Shown here: in pieces, positions 20,666-30,847 of the stretch
How the letters are laid out: every line of letters starts with the position of its first letter
Numbering within the stretch: the first letter of the stretch is position 1
The notes under the pieces: model-generated
Databases searched by the model: none
What the model was told of the DNA's origin: nothing
Seen by the model: the letters and a program-made list of their open reading frames with translations, nothing else
NCBI GenBank assembly: GCA_021399345.1
Contig: JAAFKI010000045.1
Coordinates: forward strand, 128,001 to 192,000
Direction: 5' to 3'
Length of the DNA stretch: 64,000 nucleotides
DNA from: Candidatus Heimdallarchaeota archaeon
GTDB lineage: Archaea; Asgardarchaeota; Heimdallarchaeia; Heimdallarchaeales; Heimdallarchaeaceae
Position numbers and translations under genes: made by a program

Positions 20666-22018
20666 ATGTCGACTGAAATTCCTGACTGGTTTGTTTTAAA
20701 AGACCCTGGAGACATATCTTTAGATGTTGAAAGTTGGAATAAGTATGCCAATACACGCTTAGACCGTCTTATTTCGGAAGATCTATGGATAATAACTCAA
20801 CCTTCATGGATGTCTGAAGATGAATGGTTTCAGTCGAAAGTAGAGGAATTTGGAGGACACACTTCACTTAAACTTGCAGTTTCCCAAGATCCAAGATTAA
20901 CATCCTGGTTAATAGAGGTTGAGGGGGATCTATTTGAATTCCGTTTTATCAGTAGTCCAAGTTTTGAACAAAAAATAAGTGTGTTAAAAGAACTTTATTC
21001 TCAAGAAAATGTTAAATTAATCAGTGAAATTAATAGCATGTTTAGTATAGATATTTTCAGAAAATTCAATATTGCAGAAGTTGATACAAGATCTGTAAAA
21101 TACGCTAAAAGCAAATATGGAACAAGCGCCACTGACCTTAACAGAAAAGTAGCTATTCATTATACAAAAATCCCCTCAATAGTTTCAGCAAAAAGAGTAC
21201 TTCTCTACAAAGGATGGGGAATTGTCACACTTGCAGACATACGCCTCGCAGTTAAAAGAGAGTTTGAGAAACAGCTGAGAGAGGTTATTGAGAGATCAAA
21301 AGAACTTGTCGAACAAGATGAAGGATTAAAAAATGCCATTAAACCTATATTTGACAGAGTAGAAGAAATTGCACGATCCACAAGATTATCAAAAGATTTC
21401 CTAAGTTTAGGTTTAGATGAGGGAGTTGAAATCCTTTCTAAACCTGAATTATTTCCACCTTGTATTCAGGAACTAATTGGAATTCTTAAATCAGAAGGTC
21501 ATCTGGCTCATTTAGAAAATTGGCAGTTAGGAACTTTTTTAAAAAGAGCTGGCATGGCTGTTGAAGAACAACAGAGATTTTGGTATGAAAGCTCAGTAGA
21601 CAATATTGGAATTTCTTTTGAGGAATTTAAACAGAAGGTAAACTATCAGATTCTACATATTTATGGTAAAGTTGGTCGTGAAGTCGATTACAACCCTCCA
21701 AGTTGTAAAACTTGTATCAACAATTATTATTGTTACTGGGCACATAAAGAAAGTGCCAAAATTATAGAAGACATAAAAACCCGTTTTGAAGACAGAAAGG
21801 GAGAAGTTGTTGAAACGGCAATAGAAGATATTTCTAAATTATTAAATGGTCAACAGTATCAAAGAGCATGTGCGAGATATTTCACATTATTAACAGGTTG
21901 GACTGTTCGAGGAAATCACATTAATCAAATGATAAGTTTCACCAGACAAGCCTACAAGAGATTCTATGCAAAGAAAAAGGAAGAAAAAGAAGTAAAGGAG
22001 AGTAATGAAGATGAGTGA
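20666..22018 (+). CDS. priL: DNA primase large subunit
   Basis: FPPCI, GHLAHLE, YQILHIYG, YNPPSCKTC Fe-S domain motifs; upstream of and overlapping priS. Confidence 0.88.
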   Translation: MSTEIPDWFVLKDPGDISLDVESWNKYANTRLDRLISEDLWIITQPSWMSEDEWFQSKVEEFGGHTSLKLAVSQDPRLTSWLIEVEGDLFEFRFISSPSFEQKISVLKELYSQENVKLISEINSMFSIDIFRKFNIAEVDTRSVKYAKSKYGTSATDLNRKVAIHYTKIPSIVSAKRVLLYKGWGIVTLADIRLAVKREFEKQLREVIERSKELVEQDEGLKNAIKPIFDRVEEIARSTRLSKDFLSLGLDEGVEILSKPELFPPCIQELIGILKSEGHLAHLENWQLGTFLKRAGMAVEEQQRFWYESSVDNIGISFEEFKQKVNYQILHIYGKVGREVDYNPPSCKTCINNYYCYWAHKESAKIIEDIKTRFEDRKGEVVETAIEDISKLLNGQQYQRACARYFTLLTGWTVRGNHINQMISFTRQAYKRFYAKKKEEKEVKESNEDE

Positions 22019-23171
22019 GGAAGTTACATCAGAATTACTGTCTGAATATTATGATAAGAAATTTCCTATGGAAAGTTTCATGTCTTATCTAGGTTCGCCT
22101 GATTTTCAAAATAGAGAATTTGGCTTTGTTGTTAATGAAAGATTTACGAGAAACATATCTTTTGAAAATACAAAAAAATTAAGAGACTTTATGGTTTCCA
22201 ATTCAGTTCAACATGCTTATGTAGGTTCAGTATATGAAAAGCCACCTTCCAGAGATAATAGAATACATTCTATCAAATGGAAGTATAGAGAATTTATTTT
22301 TGACATTGATATCAATGAATATGATTTAGTAAGATCATGTGACTGTGGCAAATACGACTATTGTAAAATTTGCTGGCCTTTAGTTCAAGATGCAGTTATA
22401 TTTATTGAAGAAACTATGAAAGAAGATTTTGGTTTTAAGGAGATGAAATGGTTCTTTTCGGGTAGAAGAGGAGTACATGGATGGGTAGTGGATAAAGAAT
22501 CGAAGTTTCTAAACAATGAACAAAGAGTTTCAATTTTGAACTATTTAACTTTCATACATGACGAAACTAGATCTCAATCTATTGAAGAAATTCCTAATGA
22601 AGCAAAACCTCTCAGAAACAGAATTTTTTCTCTTTTAGTTAAACCTTACATTGAGCACTCTTTTCTTGTGGATTTGGATAACCCTATCTTACACTGTCAA
22701 AGTTGTAAATCAAAATTTAGAGCTTATGAATTAGTAGAAGAAGTAACAGGAAGAAAAGCAGAAGGTTTAAGGTTTAGTACACTAAACAAAAGAATTCAAG
22801 ATAGCAATATAAAATGCAAATACTGTTCTGGAGAACTAGAAAATATAACAAAATTAGAAATTGAAGATTTTGGATTAACAGAACTTAAGGCTAGAAAAAT
22901 AATAACTCAAGTTAAGGAAGCTACTTCTTTTGATCATAATCAATATAACATTATAATGCCAAATGAGTGGAAAGTAAGAAGGAAAATGTCAAATGACATA
23001 ATCTTGAACAGATACCCTAGAATTGATAGAGTTGTATCTACAGACATTAAAAGAGTAAGCAGAATGCCCTATTCAATTCATGGGAATACTGGAAAAATAG
23101 TTATTGAAATAAAGGACATAGATAGTTTTTACCCTGATTCTACACCAAATATTTGGGAAGCTTTAATGTGA
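22005..23171 (+). CDS. priS: DNA primase small (catalytic) subunit with inserted zinc module
   Basis: REFGF, REFIFDIDINEY, FSGRRGVHGW, PRID..V, RMPYSIHGNTG. Confidence 0.93.
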   Translation: MKMSEEVTSELLSEYYDKKFPMESFMSYLGSPDFQNREFGFVVNERFTRNISFENTKKLRDFMVSNSVQHAYVGSVYEKPPSRDNRIHSIKWKYREFIFDIDINEYDLVRSCDCGKYDYCKICWPLVQDAVIFIEETMKEDFGFKEMKWFFSGRRGVHGWVVDKESKFLNNEQRVSILNYLTFIHDETRSQSIEEIPNEAKPLRNRIFSLLVKPYIEHSFLVDLDNPILHCQSCKSKFRAYELVEEVTGRKAEGLRFSTLNKRIQDSNIKCKYCSGELENITKLEIEDFGLTELKARKIITQVKEATSFDHNQYNIIMPNEWKVRRKMSNDIILNRYPRIDRVVSTDIKRVSRMPYSIHGNTGKIVIEIKDIDSFYPDSTPNIWEALM

Positions 23172-23188
23172 AAGAAGAAGATTTCTAA

Positions 23189-24379
23189 TTAGAAATCTGC
23201 ATGTAAAAATGGCAATTTTTGTGGAAAGAGTTTCTTTAGTTTTAGTTTATTTTCTTCTGATAAATCTCCCCATTTTTTGAAAGGAAAGTCATCCAAATTA
23301 TAACAACCATAGATTATGGCAGATAATCCTTGTATTGTTAACTCACAATCATGGTGATCAGTTTCATTTACATTCAGAATACCATCTTTGTTTTCAAACA
23401 AGTATGTTTTGTTATTCCATTCACATTGCTCATCTTTGATTTTCATTGAAATGGACCCTTCTCCAACATGGATGCCAGAAATTTGGTCTACAATTACAAC
23501 TCGACCCATAGGGGAAGGCACCCATTCTCTGCTGATTATTTTTCCCTTAGAACCCCAAAATGTATCATTAAACCAAATTTCAGGAAAATCTCCAGGAAGA
23601 ACGGGGAGATGAATTTCATTAACTTGGTCAGCGTGATGAGCTAGCCATTGTAGTAACAAATATTTGCCTTGAGAATTATCAAAATAAAAATGTCTAATTT
23701 TAATTTCCTTCCAAAATCCAGTGATTTTATAGGTCATGATTCCTATAACCTCACCATTATTCTTTTTTGCAATAGCAAGCCAGTAAGTAGCTTCATCTTT
23801 CATCCTAGCTTGTTCAGTGTCATGTTTTATTCCCATTCCATGAGTTTTAAGCTGAAACTTCTTAATGTAATCAAGATATACATCAATTCCTTCTTTGATA
23901 TTGATCCTCTCTACAGTGCCGTCTAGTTCTTCTTTGATTATAGGAACCAAAGATTGAGGAGAGAAAACAGCTGTTCTTATTTGAGGAAAACTAATGTATC
24001 CTAATCTTTCATAAAACTCCTCTTTGAAAGGATATAAGGTAGAAAATACTTGTTCTTTTTCTTTCATCTTTTTGAATGAAAAATCCATTAATTTCTTAGC
24101 ATATCCTTTTCTTCTAGCTTCAGGATTAGTAACGACTTCTGCGACTCCACACATTTTTTTAATTGTTCCTCGAACATTTTGCATGATAGGTTTGAGCATT
24201 AATCCCGAAACGGGCTTATTGTTCTCATAAATTGCATAACATAAATCCTCTTTGAAATAGTGTTTGTTTTTAAGTAATCTTTCAATGTCCCCAGGAGTTG
24301 TAAAAAAAGCATAGAAAACCATTTCGAGTAATGGATCTAATTCATCCCCTGATACCTCCTTAATTTCAACATCTTTCAT
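23189..24379 (-). CDS. Eis-family GNAT acetyltransferase
   Basis: VVTNPEARRKGYA, STLYPF..EFYERLGY, C-terminal SCP2-like domain ending in DF. Confidence 0.88.
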   Translation of the reverse strand: MKDVEIKEVSGDELDPLLEMVFYAFFTTPGDIERLLKNKHYFKEDLCYAIYENNKPVSGLMLKPIMQNVRGTIKKMCGVAEVVTNPEARRKGYAKKLMDFSFKKMKEKEQVFSTLYPFKEEFYERLGYISFPQIRTAVFSPQSLVPIIKEELDGTVERINIKEGIDVYLDYIKKFQLKTHGMGIKHDTEQARMKDEATYWLAIAKKNNGEVIGIMTYKITGFWKEIKIRHFYFDNSQGKYLLLQWLAHHADQVNEIHLPVLPGDFPEIWFNDTFWGSKGKIISREWVPSPMGRVVIVDQISGIHVGEGSISMKIKDEQCEWNNKTYLFENKDGILNVNETDHHDCELTIQGLSAIIYGCYNLDDFPFKKWGDLSEENKLKLKKLFPQKLPFLHADF

Positions 24380-24499
24380 AATAGAAGGCGGGAAAAGGCG
24401 CTTAAAAGAGTTTTGTAGCCAATATGATTATTATGGGAAAATTTCCTATTGATACAAAATTTTATTATATTTGGGTTGGTTTTGGGATTTAGAGTAATA

Positions 24500-27268
24500 A
24501 TGTCCATATCAAAAGATAAACTCAAAGAGAGATTCAAGAAGGAGAACTACGAAGTTAACCTATTCAAGGAAAAAGGATTTATCAGAAAGGAATGCCCTCA
24601 CTGTAAGCACCATTTCTGGACATTAATTCCAGACCAAGAAAACTGTGGAGATACCAGATGTTCTGGAGGATATAAGTTCATTGACAAAAAAGGAAAGAAC
24701 ATGGACTTTGATCAAACAATTAAAAGTTTGACAGATTTCTTTGTAAAAAATGGACATACCGCAATAAAGGATTATCCAGTTGTATCAAGATGGAGAGCTG
24801 ATATGGATTTTACAATAGCCTCTATAGCTGATTTTCAACCCTGGGTTCTAGAGGGGGTTGTTGATCCTCCGGCAAATCCTCTAGTTGTACCCCAAATGTG
24901 TATTAGAACAGGTGGAGAATTCTCAGATATAGATAATATTGGAAAAACAGCTAGACATTTAACTAGTTTCGTTATGTTTGGACAACATTCTTTCAATTCT
25001 AAAACACTAACTGATGGATATTGGATCGACAGATGCTTAGATTTGAACTTTCAATATCTAACTGACGAATTAGGACTTAAACCTGAAGAAATATCTTATG
25101 TGGAAGGCATTTGGGCAGGTGGAGGTAACTTTGGACCTAATTTGGAAGCTATGGCTTATGGAATAGAAGTTGTGAATAATGTATTTATTGCTTATGGATT
25201 CGATAATGGAAAAGTAAAGAATCTTGATATGCAAGTAATAGATGTAGGCTGGGGTTTGGATAGAGTATCATGGTTCTCCCAAGGAACGCCATCAATATAT
25301 GAAGCAATATTTCCAAAAGCCATCAATTATTTACAAAAAGAAAATGATTACAAACCAGACCATAAATTACTAGTAGAATACAATATACTTGCAGGTCTTT
25401 TAGCAGTGGAAGAAGTCAAAGATTTGAGAAAAGAAAGAAGACAAATGGCTAAGAAACTAGGGATGACATATGATGAAATGCTAGAAGTTCTTGGACCACA
25501 AGAAGCGATATATGCAATTGCAGACCATGCAAGAACACTGTCTATGACTATTGCTGACGGAGCAATTCCTTCAAATGTAGGTGGTGGATACAACCTAAGA
25601 GTTCTTTTGCGAAGAATAGAAGCTCTCAGAAGTTTATATGGACTACAATTCTCAATTGAGAAACTATTTGATCTTCAAATCGATCACCTCTCAGTCTCTT
25701 ATCCTAGAGTAAAGGATCATAGAGATGATATCTTCAAGATAGTTGATATAGAACTTAAACGATATGAAGAAACTAAGAAATCAGGGAAAAGAATTGTTAA
25801 TAAACTAATCCAACAAAAGAATGAATTTGATTTTAAAACACTCTTAGATTTGTATCAAAACAATGGAATAAATCCTTTAATGGTAAAGGAACTAGCTAAA
25901 GAAAGCAAATTGGATATTGAAGTCCCAGATGATTTTTATATTAAATCGGAAGAAATTCTTGCACAGCAAAAAGCTAAGCAAAAGGCAGCCAAGGACGAAC
26001 TTGTTTTAGAAATAGAAGAAGAATATATTACTCAAGCTTTATACTATGAAGATGCCTATAAGACGAAGTTTGAAGCTAAGGTAGAATCAGTACTAAAAGG
26101 TAAATATCTTGTACTAGATAAAACACTATTCTATCCTACAGGTGGAGGACAAATTCACGATATTGGCACTATAAGTGCAGATGGAAAAGAATTTCATGTC
26201 ACTGACGTTTTCAAAAAAGGAACTACAATCATTCATAAGCTAGAGGAAAAATGTGACCTCAAAAAAGGTCAATCTGTCAAAGGAGAAATTGATGGAAAAA
26301 GACGTATGGATATTATGCGCCACCATACAGCTGTTCACGTTGTAAATACTGCAGCAAAAGAAATTCTAGGAGATCATGTTTGGCAAGCAGGTGCAGATAA
26401 AACTGAATACAAAGCTCGATTAGATATAACACATTACAACTCTGTAAAAGCAGAAGAATTGCAAAGGATAGAATATTTAGCTAACCAAGTAGTATTTGAA
26501 AATCGCTCAATTTTAAAAACCGATTTAGATAGAGATGAAGCTGAAAGGAATTATGGTTTCCAAATTTATCAAGGTGGTGTTGTTCCAGGAAAAACACTTC
26601 ACATTGTGTCCATTAATGAATGGGATATAGAAGCATGTGGTGGTACACATCTAGATAGCACCAGTGACATTGGAATCATCAAGCTTGTTAGTAGTGAAAG
26701 AATCCAAGATGGAATAGTGAGGTTGGAAATTCTTGCAGGTAATCCAGCCTTGAAATATATTCAAGAACAAGAAAATATTCTCAAAGAATCTTCAAATATT
26801 CTTAGTGTGGAACCTAAAATACTTCCTAAAACTGTAAATAGGTTCTTTAAGGAATGGAAAGAACAGAAGAAAGAAATTGAAAATCTAAACCAAAAAATTG
26901 CTGAATTGCAATTTTCTCCTACTCAAATAAAAACTAAGAAGATCAATGATGTTGATGTTTTAGTTCAAGAAACAATAGGAAATCAAAAAGAGCTAATTAT
27001 TCAAGCTACTCAAGCAGTCAAGAATTTTAAGAATGGAATAAGTATTTTGATTTCCTCAGATGAGGATAAAGTAATTCTAGTTGGAGCTAGGAGTAAAAAT
27101 TCCGATGTTGATATTGTTTCAATAATTAAGGAATTGTCAGAATTAGTTGGTGGTTCAGGTGGAGGAAAAGATGAACTAGCAATTGGGGGAGGACCACAAA
27201 AAGAGAAATTAGCAGATTTAATATCAAATGTGGATAAGATTATTGAATTGAAAATAAACTCAAATTAA
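24500..27268 (+). CDS. alaS: Alanyl-tRNA synthetase (archaeal type)
   Basis: FTIASIADFQP, IDVGWGLDR, IADHART, editing motifs HHTAVH and EACGGTH. ATG at 24500 is preferred over TTG at 24449. Confidence 0.97.
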   Translation: MSISKDKLKERFKKENYEVNLFKEKGFIRKECPHCKHHFWTLIPDQENCGDTRCSGGYKFIDKKGKNMDFDQTIKSLTDFFVKNGHTAIKDYPVVSRWRADMDFTIASIADFQPWVLEGVVDPPANPLVVPQMCIRTGGEFSDIDNIGKTARHLTSFVMFGQHSFNSKTLTDGYWIDRCLDLNFQYLTDELGLKPEEISYVEGIWAGGGNFGPNLEAMAYGIEVVNNVFIAYGFDNGKVKNLDMQVIDVGWGLDRVSWFSQGTPSIYEAIFPKAINYLQKENDYKPDHKLLVEYNILAGLLAVEEVKDLRKERRQMAKKLGMTYDEMLEVLGPQEAIYAIADHARTLSMTIADGAIPSNVGGGYNLRVLLRRIEALRSLYGLQFSIEKLFDLQIDHLSVSYPRVKDHRDDIFKIVDIELKRYEETKKSGKRIVNKLIQQKNEFDFKTLLDLYQNNGINPLMVKELAKESKLDIEVPDDFYIKSEEILAQQKAKQKAAKDELVLEIEEEYITQALYYEDAYKTKFEAKVESVLKGKYLVLDKTLFYPTGGGQIHDIGTISADGKEFHVTDVFKKGTTIIHKLEEKCDLKKGQSVKGEIDGKRRMDIMRHHTAVHVVNTAAKEILGDHVWQAGADKTEYKARLDITHYNSVKAEELQRIEYLANQVVFENRSILKTDLDRDEAERNYGFQIYQGGVVPGKTLHIVSINEWDIEACGGTHLDSTSDIGIIKLVSSERIQDGIVRLEILAGNPALKYIQEQENILKESSNILSVEPKILPKTVNRFFKEWKEQKKEIENLNQKIAELQFSPTQIKTKKINDVDVLVQETIGNQKELIIQATQAVKNFKNGISILISSDEDKVILVGARSKNSDVDIVSIIKELSELVGGSGGGKDELAIGGGPQKEKLADLISNVDKIIELKINSN

Positions 27269-27295
27269 ATAAGAATCTACTAAGCCTTCTTTTTT

Positions 27296-27655
27296 CTATT
27301 CCTTAGAGTTAAATTTGATATTTCTTAATCCAGTTGGGGACAAAGATCTTATCTCAACAGGAACAGTAGATGGAGCAATCATTAGTGTTTCATTGGATAC
27401 CATCTTCAAGGTAGCATGAAGCTTTGCTGATGTGTTCTTCAGAGATTGTAGAAATTCATTTTTCCTCTCAGGACATGCTGAAATTCTATTTATATTTAGG
27501 AAAACCAAATGCCCTTCCTTAACTTCATCCATAATACGATCAGTTTTAACAATATCAATTAGAGAGTAGAATTTCACTCCAGGTGGTTGTGAAATAACTT
27601 GAGTATCTTCTGGCTTAATATTAGAATCTTTTAGAATCTTTTTCTTAATACCCAT
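27296..27655 (-). CDS. sepF: SepF-family cell division protein
   Basis: IMDEVKEGHLVFLNI...LKMVSNETLMIAPSTV resembles the archaeal SepF core; the size fits. Confidence 0.7.
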   Translation of the reverse strand: MGIKKKILKDSNIKPEDTQVISQPPGVKFYSLIDIVKTDRIMDEVKEGHLVFLNINRISACPERKNEFLQSLKNTSAKLHATLKMVSNETLMIAPSTVPVEIRSLSPTGLRNIKFNSKE

Positions 27656-27748
27656 AGAGTTTAACCCATTTAATGAGAAGTTTTCACTTAATAAAACCAG
27701 ATTAATACAGTAATAACATTAGGGTAATACTAGAATAAGAAAGAAGTA

Positions 27749-28711
27749 TTAGAACTTCCATGGATCGCGAACATAAACAGGTGCTGATGCAGCTCCTCTT
27801 TTTACGATTACGTTAGCTAATTCTAAAGAGTCTACTATTTCTCGGAATCGATTTCGTAATGTAACTGGAGTTGTTTTTGCTACTTTAGCAACTTGTTGTT
27901 GAGTTCTTCTTTCACCGGTTCTGATTCCTGCGATATATATTGCAGCTGCTGCGACACTTAATGGATTCTTACCCATATCGAGTCTTCTTGATTTGCTCTC
28001 TTCTAGAATTTTCAAAGCTTCATTCTGTGTAGCTGTTGTTAATTCAAGTTCATTACATAACTTTGTGAGTAAAACTGCAGGATCAATGGGTGTTGGTTTA
28101 ATATGTAATTCCTGAACATATAATCTGAAACATCGAGCTATAACTTTCTTATCTGCTCTGATATGTTTTTCAATATCTTTAAGTGTGGTCGGATTGTTAT
28201 ATTGACGAGCTGCTATGTATATTGCGGCTGCAACCATAGATTCAATGCTTCTTCCACGAATTAAATCTGCTTTCAAAGCTTTTCTATAAGTAGTAGCTGA
28301 TGCTTCTGCTATCTCATCACTTAACTCAAGTTGACTTACTATTCTTTTCAACTCTCTCAGAGCTATTCTCAGGTTTCGAATTTGGGATCGAGAATCTCTT
28401 CTATTAAGCCATCTCAATCTTCTCATCTTTGCCACAACATTTGGATCTAGTTTCTTACCAAAAATATCCATGTTACCAAAACTAATTTGAGATGAAACAC
28501 CATAATCAGATTTTAAGGGTGATATAGGTGAACCAGTTCTACTCCGAGCAGCTTTTTCTTCTCCTGTAAATGCTCTCCATTCAGGAGTTGTATCAATTAA
28601 TTTTGAGAGCACTAACCCACAATTACTGCAAATAGACTCACCACGTGTGTAGTCATCAATAATTTCCTCTGAGTTACAATTTGGGCAGCGTTCTCCACTC
28701 ATTTCAGACAC
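27749..28711 (-). CDS. tfb: Transcription initiation factor IIB
   Basis: Zn ribbon CPNC...CSNCGLV, B-reader PEWRAF, two cyclin repeats (RGRS, GKNP..VAAAAIY, TQQQVA). Confidence 0.97.
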   Translation of the reverse strand: MSEMSGERCPNCNSEEIIDDYTRGESICSNCGLVLSKLIDTTPEWRAFTGEEKAARSRTGSPISPLKSDYGVSSQISFGNMDIFGKKLDPNVVAKMRRLRWLNRRDSRSQIRNLRIALRELKRIVSQLELSDEIAEASATTYRKALKADLIRGRSIESMVAAAIYIAARQYNNPTTLKDIEKHIRADKKVIARCFRLYVQELHIKPTPIDPAVLLTKLCNELELTTATQNEALKILEESKSRRLDMGKNPLSVAAAAIYIAGIRTGERRTQQQVAKVAKTTPVTLRNRFREIVDSLELANVIVKRGAASAPVYVRDPWKF

Positions 28712-28735
28712 TCTAATTAGAAATGCACATGAGAT

Positions 28736-28743
28736 TATATAAA
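28736..28743 (-). promoter_or_regulatory. Putative TATA box of tfb
   Basis: TTTATATA on the minus strand about 25 nt upstream of the GTG at 28711, consistent with a leaderless or short-leader mRNA. Confidence 0.55.
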
Positions 28744-28930
28744 GCTAGCTAAATAAAGAACGATAGAAGGCCCCTAACTGCAAATTTCAAATATGTGATA
28801 GATGTTTGATTAAACATCGTATTTTGTGTTTAAATAGACAATGGTTGATTTATACATTTGTTTGTCACCGGTTAAAACGAATGAACGTTCCACAGAAAGA
28901 CATTTTAATAACAGTGAGACCAATTTCTAG

Positions 28931-30826
28931 ATGACGGTTTATTTGTCTGTACATTATAATCTGTCTTGCTTTAGGGGTTTAGTTACCAAAGATCACGCTG
29001 ACAGATATCAACAGATTATAGATTGGTTCGCAAGAGAACCTCGGTTTAAAGGAACCATCTCCTTCAATACTCTCTTTCTCCAATCAATAATCTGGGAGAA
29101 TGAATCTATTGTTAAAGATATTTCCAAACTGTGTCTAACAGAACAATTAGACCTGTCAGCATCAATGTTTTCGAATTATGCTCCTTTCTCGTTAGATTTC
29201 GAAAATGAGATTCTTGAACACCAAATCAAATATGCGTCTAAAGAGTTACAAGACATTTATCCTGATAAATATATCAAGGGTTTTTATTCCCCCTTCGGTG
29301 TTTTTGATGATCGAAATGTAGGTCACCTTGTTGACGAATCGTACAAATATATAATAGTAGACTGGAGTATTCTAGATCGAACAATAAACGAAAAACCCAT
29401 TGGAAATATAGATACCAGTTTTTCCAAGGTCTTTAAAATAAAAGATAAAGAAATTTATGTTCTTCCATCATATAATTTGAGAAGTGTCTATAGACTTTTC
29501 CCAGAGTTCTATAAACAATATCTCAGCTCAGGTATTATTGACAGTTTGTCAGAAGCTATCCAAGAAGGGGATGAAATATCGGAGAAAGAAGGGATAGATC
29601 TATTCGGCATATTAACTATTGATCTTAATGATCTAAAGTTCCCGACTTTTAGATCTGATTTTGATTTTGACAACTATTTCATTGAAAGCAAACAATTACT
29701 CAAGCAGCCGATGAGTTTTATTAGACCATCAGAAGTTATAGAAAAATTCGATATCGAAGAAATCGAATTGAAGTACTCATTACCATATGAAATGATATTA
29801 TCTTCTGAAACTATTCCGACTATAGACATCTCTCCATGTTGTGAAAATCTAATTAGAATAGTAAAATTGAATTTGAACAGAATCAAAAAGATAGAAAAAG
29901 CTGCAAGTTTGCTTGAAAATGATCAAAAGGATGCAGTTGAAAATCTACTTAAACACTCTTGGAATTATCTTTTAACAAATTTACATAATACTTACTTTTC
30001 ACAATTCAATGAACCAATTAAAGGAGTAAATATTCTTGACTTTAGAAATATGTGGAATAGTATAAATCATATTAATTTAGCAGAATTTATAGCAAACTCC
30101 TACAAAACAGGTAAAATAACCAAAAATGGCATTCATATAATTGACCCAATTTGTGGAGATATGGTTTATTTCAATAAGAAACTTCTCTGTAGTTTTCTAC
30201 ATAGAGGGGGTATAATTAATAATCTTGCTAATCTTGAAAACGGAGAGTTTCTAGTTTCTTCGCCCTCACCTAATCTGATCGTAAACACTGTAACCCAAGA
30301 ACCCAATTATGGATTAATGTTTGATATAGTATCTAAGAAGTACAGTGGTCAATATAATTTATTCAACGAAGGTTATGTTGCTAGTAGAAAAGAATTAACT
30401 GATGGAGTTGAAGTTACTTTAAGTACTTATGCAACAAGTGACATAGTTCTGAAGAAAGTTTTTACAATCACAAACGATTCTAACAAAATTGACATTATTT
30501 ACAATTTTCAAAATAGAGGGATAGTCAAAGAAGAATTCATTCTTTACAGTCTCTCTAAATTTAATATGGGAGATTATATAGCACCAGTATTTTCACAAGA
30601 GAATCTCGTTCTAGAAAACACATCAAGTTCAAAAGATACTGTGATTCTGGAGATAAATAATGAAAAAACAAACTCAAAGGTAAAAATCACTCTTCCTAAA
30701 GAGATTGGATATGATAGTAAGAAACGTTTTCGTAATTTAGAATTAACTCTGAGAATGAAAGTACCAATCTTAGAATTACATGAAACAAAAGATTTTGTTT
30801 TTAACATAGAAATTGAGAAAAAATAG
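28931..30826 (+). CDS. Divergent GH57-like protein, probably lacking the catalytic nucleophile
   Basis: GH57-like N-terminal barrel (LSVHYN, ISFN, LEHQI, GFYSPF, YIIVD) and a C-terminal beta-sandwich (GGII..L, KKVFTI, IIYNFQN). Confidence 0.6.
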   Translation: MTVYLSVHYNLSCFRGLVTKDHADRYQQIIDWFAREPRFKGTISFNTLFLQSIIWENESIVKDISKLCLTEQLDLSASMFSNYAPFSLDFENEILEHQIKYASKELQDIYPDKYIKGFYSPFGVFDDRNVGHLVDESYKYIIVDWSILDRTINEKPIGNIDTSFSKVFKIKDKEIYVLPSYNLRSVYRLFPEFYKQYLSSGIIDSLSEAIQEGDEISEKEGIDLFGILTIDLNDLKFPTFRSDFDFDNYFIESKQLLKQPMSFIRPSEVIEKFDIEEIELKYSLPYEMILSSETIPTIDISPCCENLIRIVKLNLNRIKKIEKAASLLENDQKDAVENLLKHSWNYLLTNLHNTYFSQFNEPIKGVNILDFRNMWNSINHINLAEFIANSYKTGKITKNGIHIIDPICGDMVYFNKKLLCSFLHRGGIINNLANLENGEFLVSSPSPNLIVNTVTQEPNYGLMFDIVSKKYSGQYNLFNEGYVASRKELTDGVEVTLSTYATSDIVLKKVFTITNDSNKIDIIYNFQNRGIVKEEFILYSLSKFNMGDYIAPVFSQENLVLENTSSSKDTVILEINNEKTNSKVKITLPKEIGYDSKKRFRNLELTLRMKVPILELHETKDFVFNIEIEKK

Positions 30827-30847
30827 AATAATGAGAAAGTAGGGATT

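Noticed and set aside
22671-22856. PriS insertion as an intein
   Set aside because: Only about 60 aa, with no Hint blocks and no terminal His-Asn followed by Cys, Ser or Thr.
24449-24499. Hydrophobic N-terminal extension of AlaRS given by the ORF track
   Set aside because: Probably an artefact of an upstream TTG in AT-rich promoter DNA; the AlaRS-like sequence starts at ATG 24500. The same applies to the glnA extension 33412-33510.
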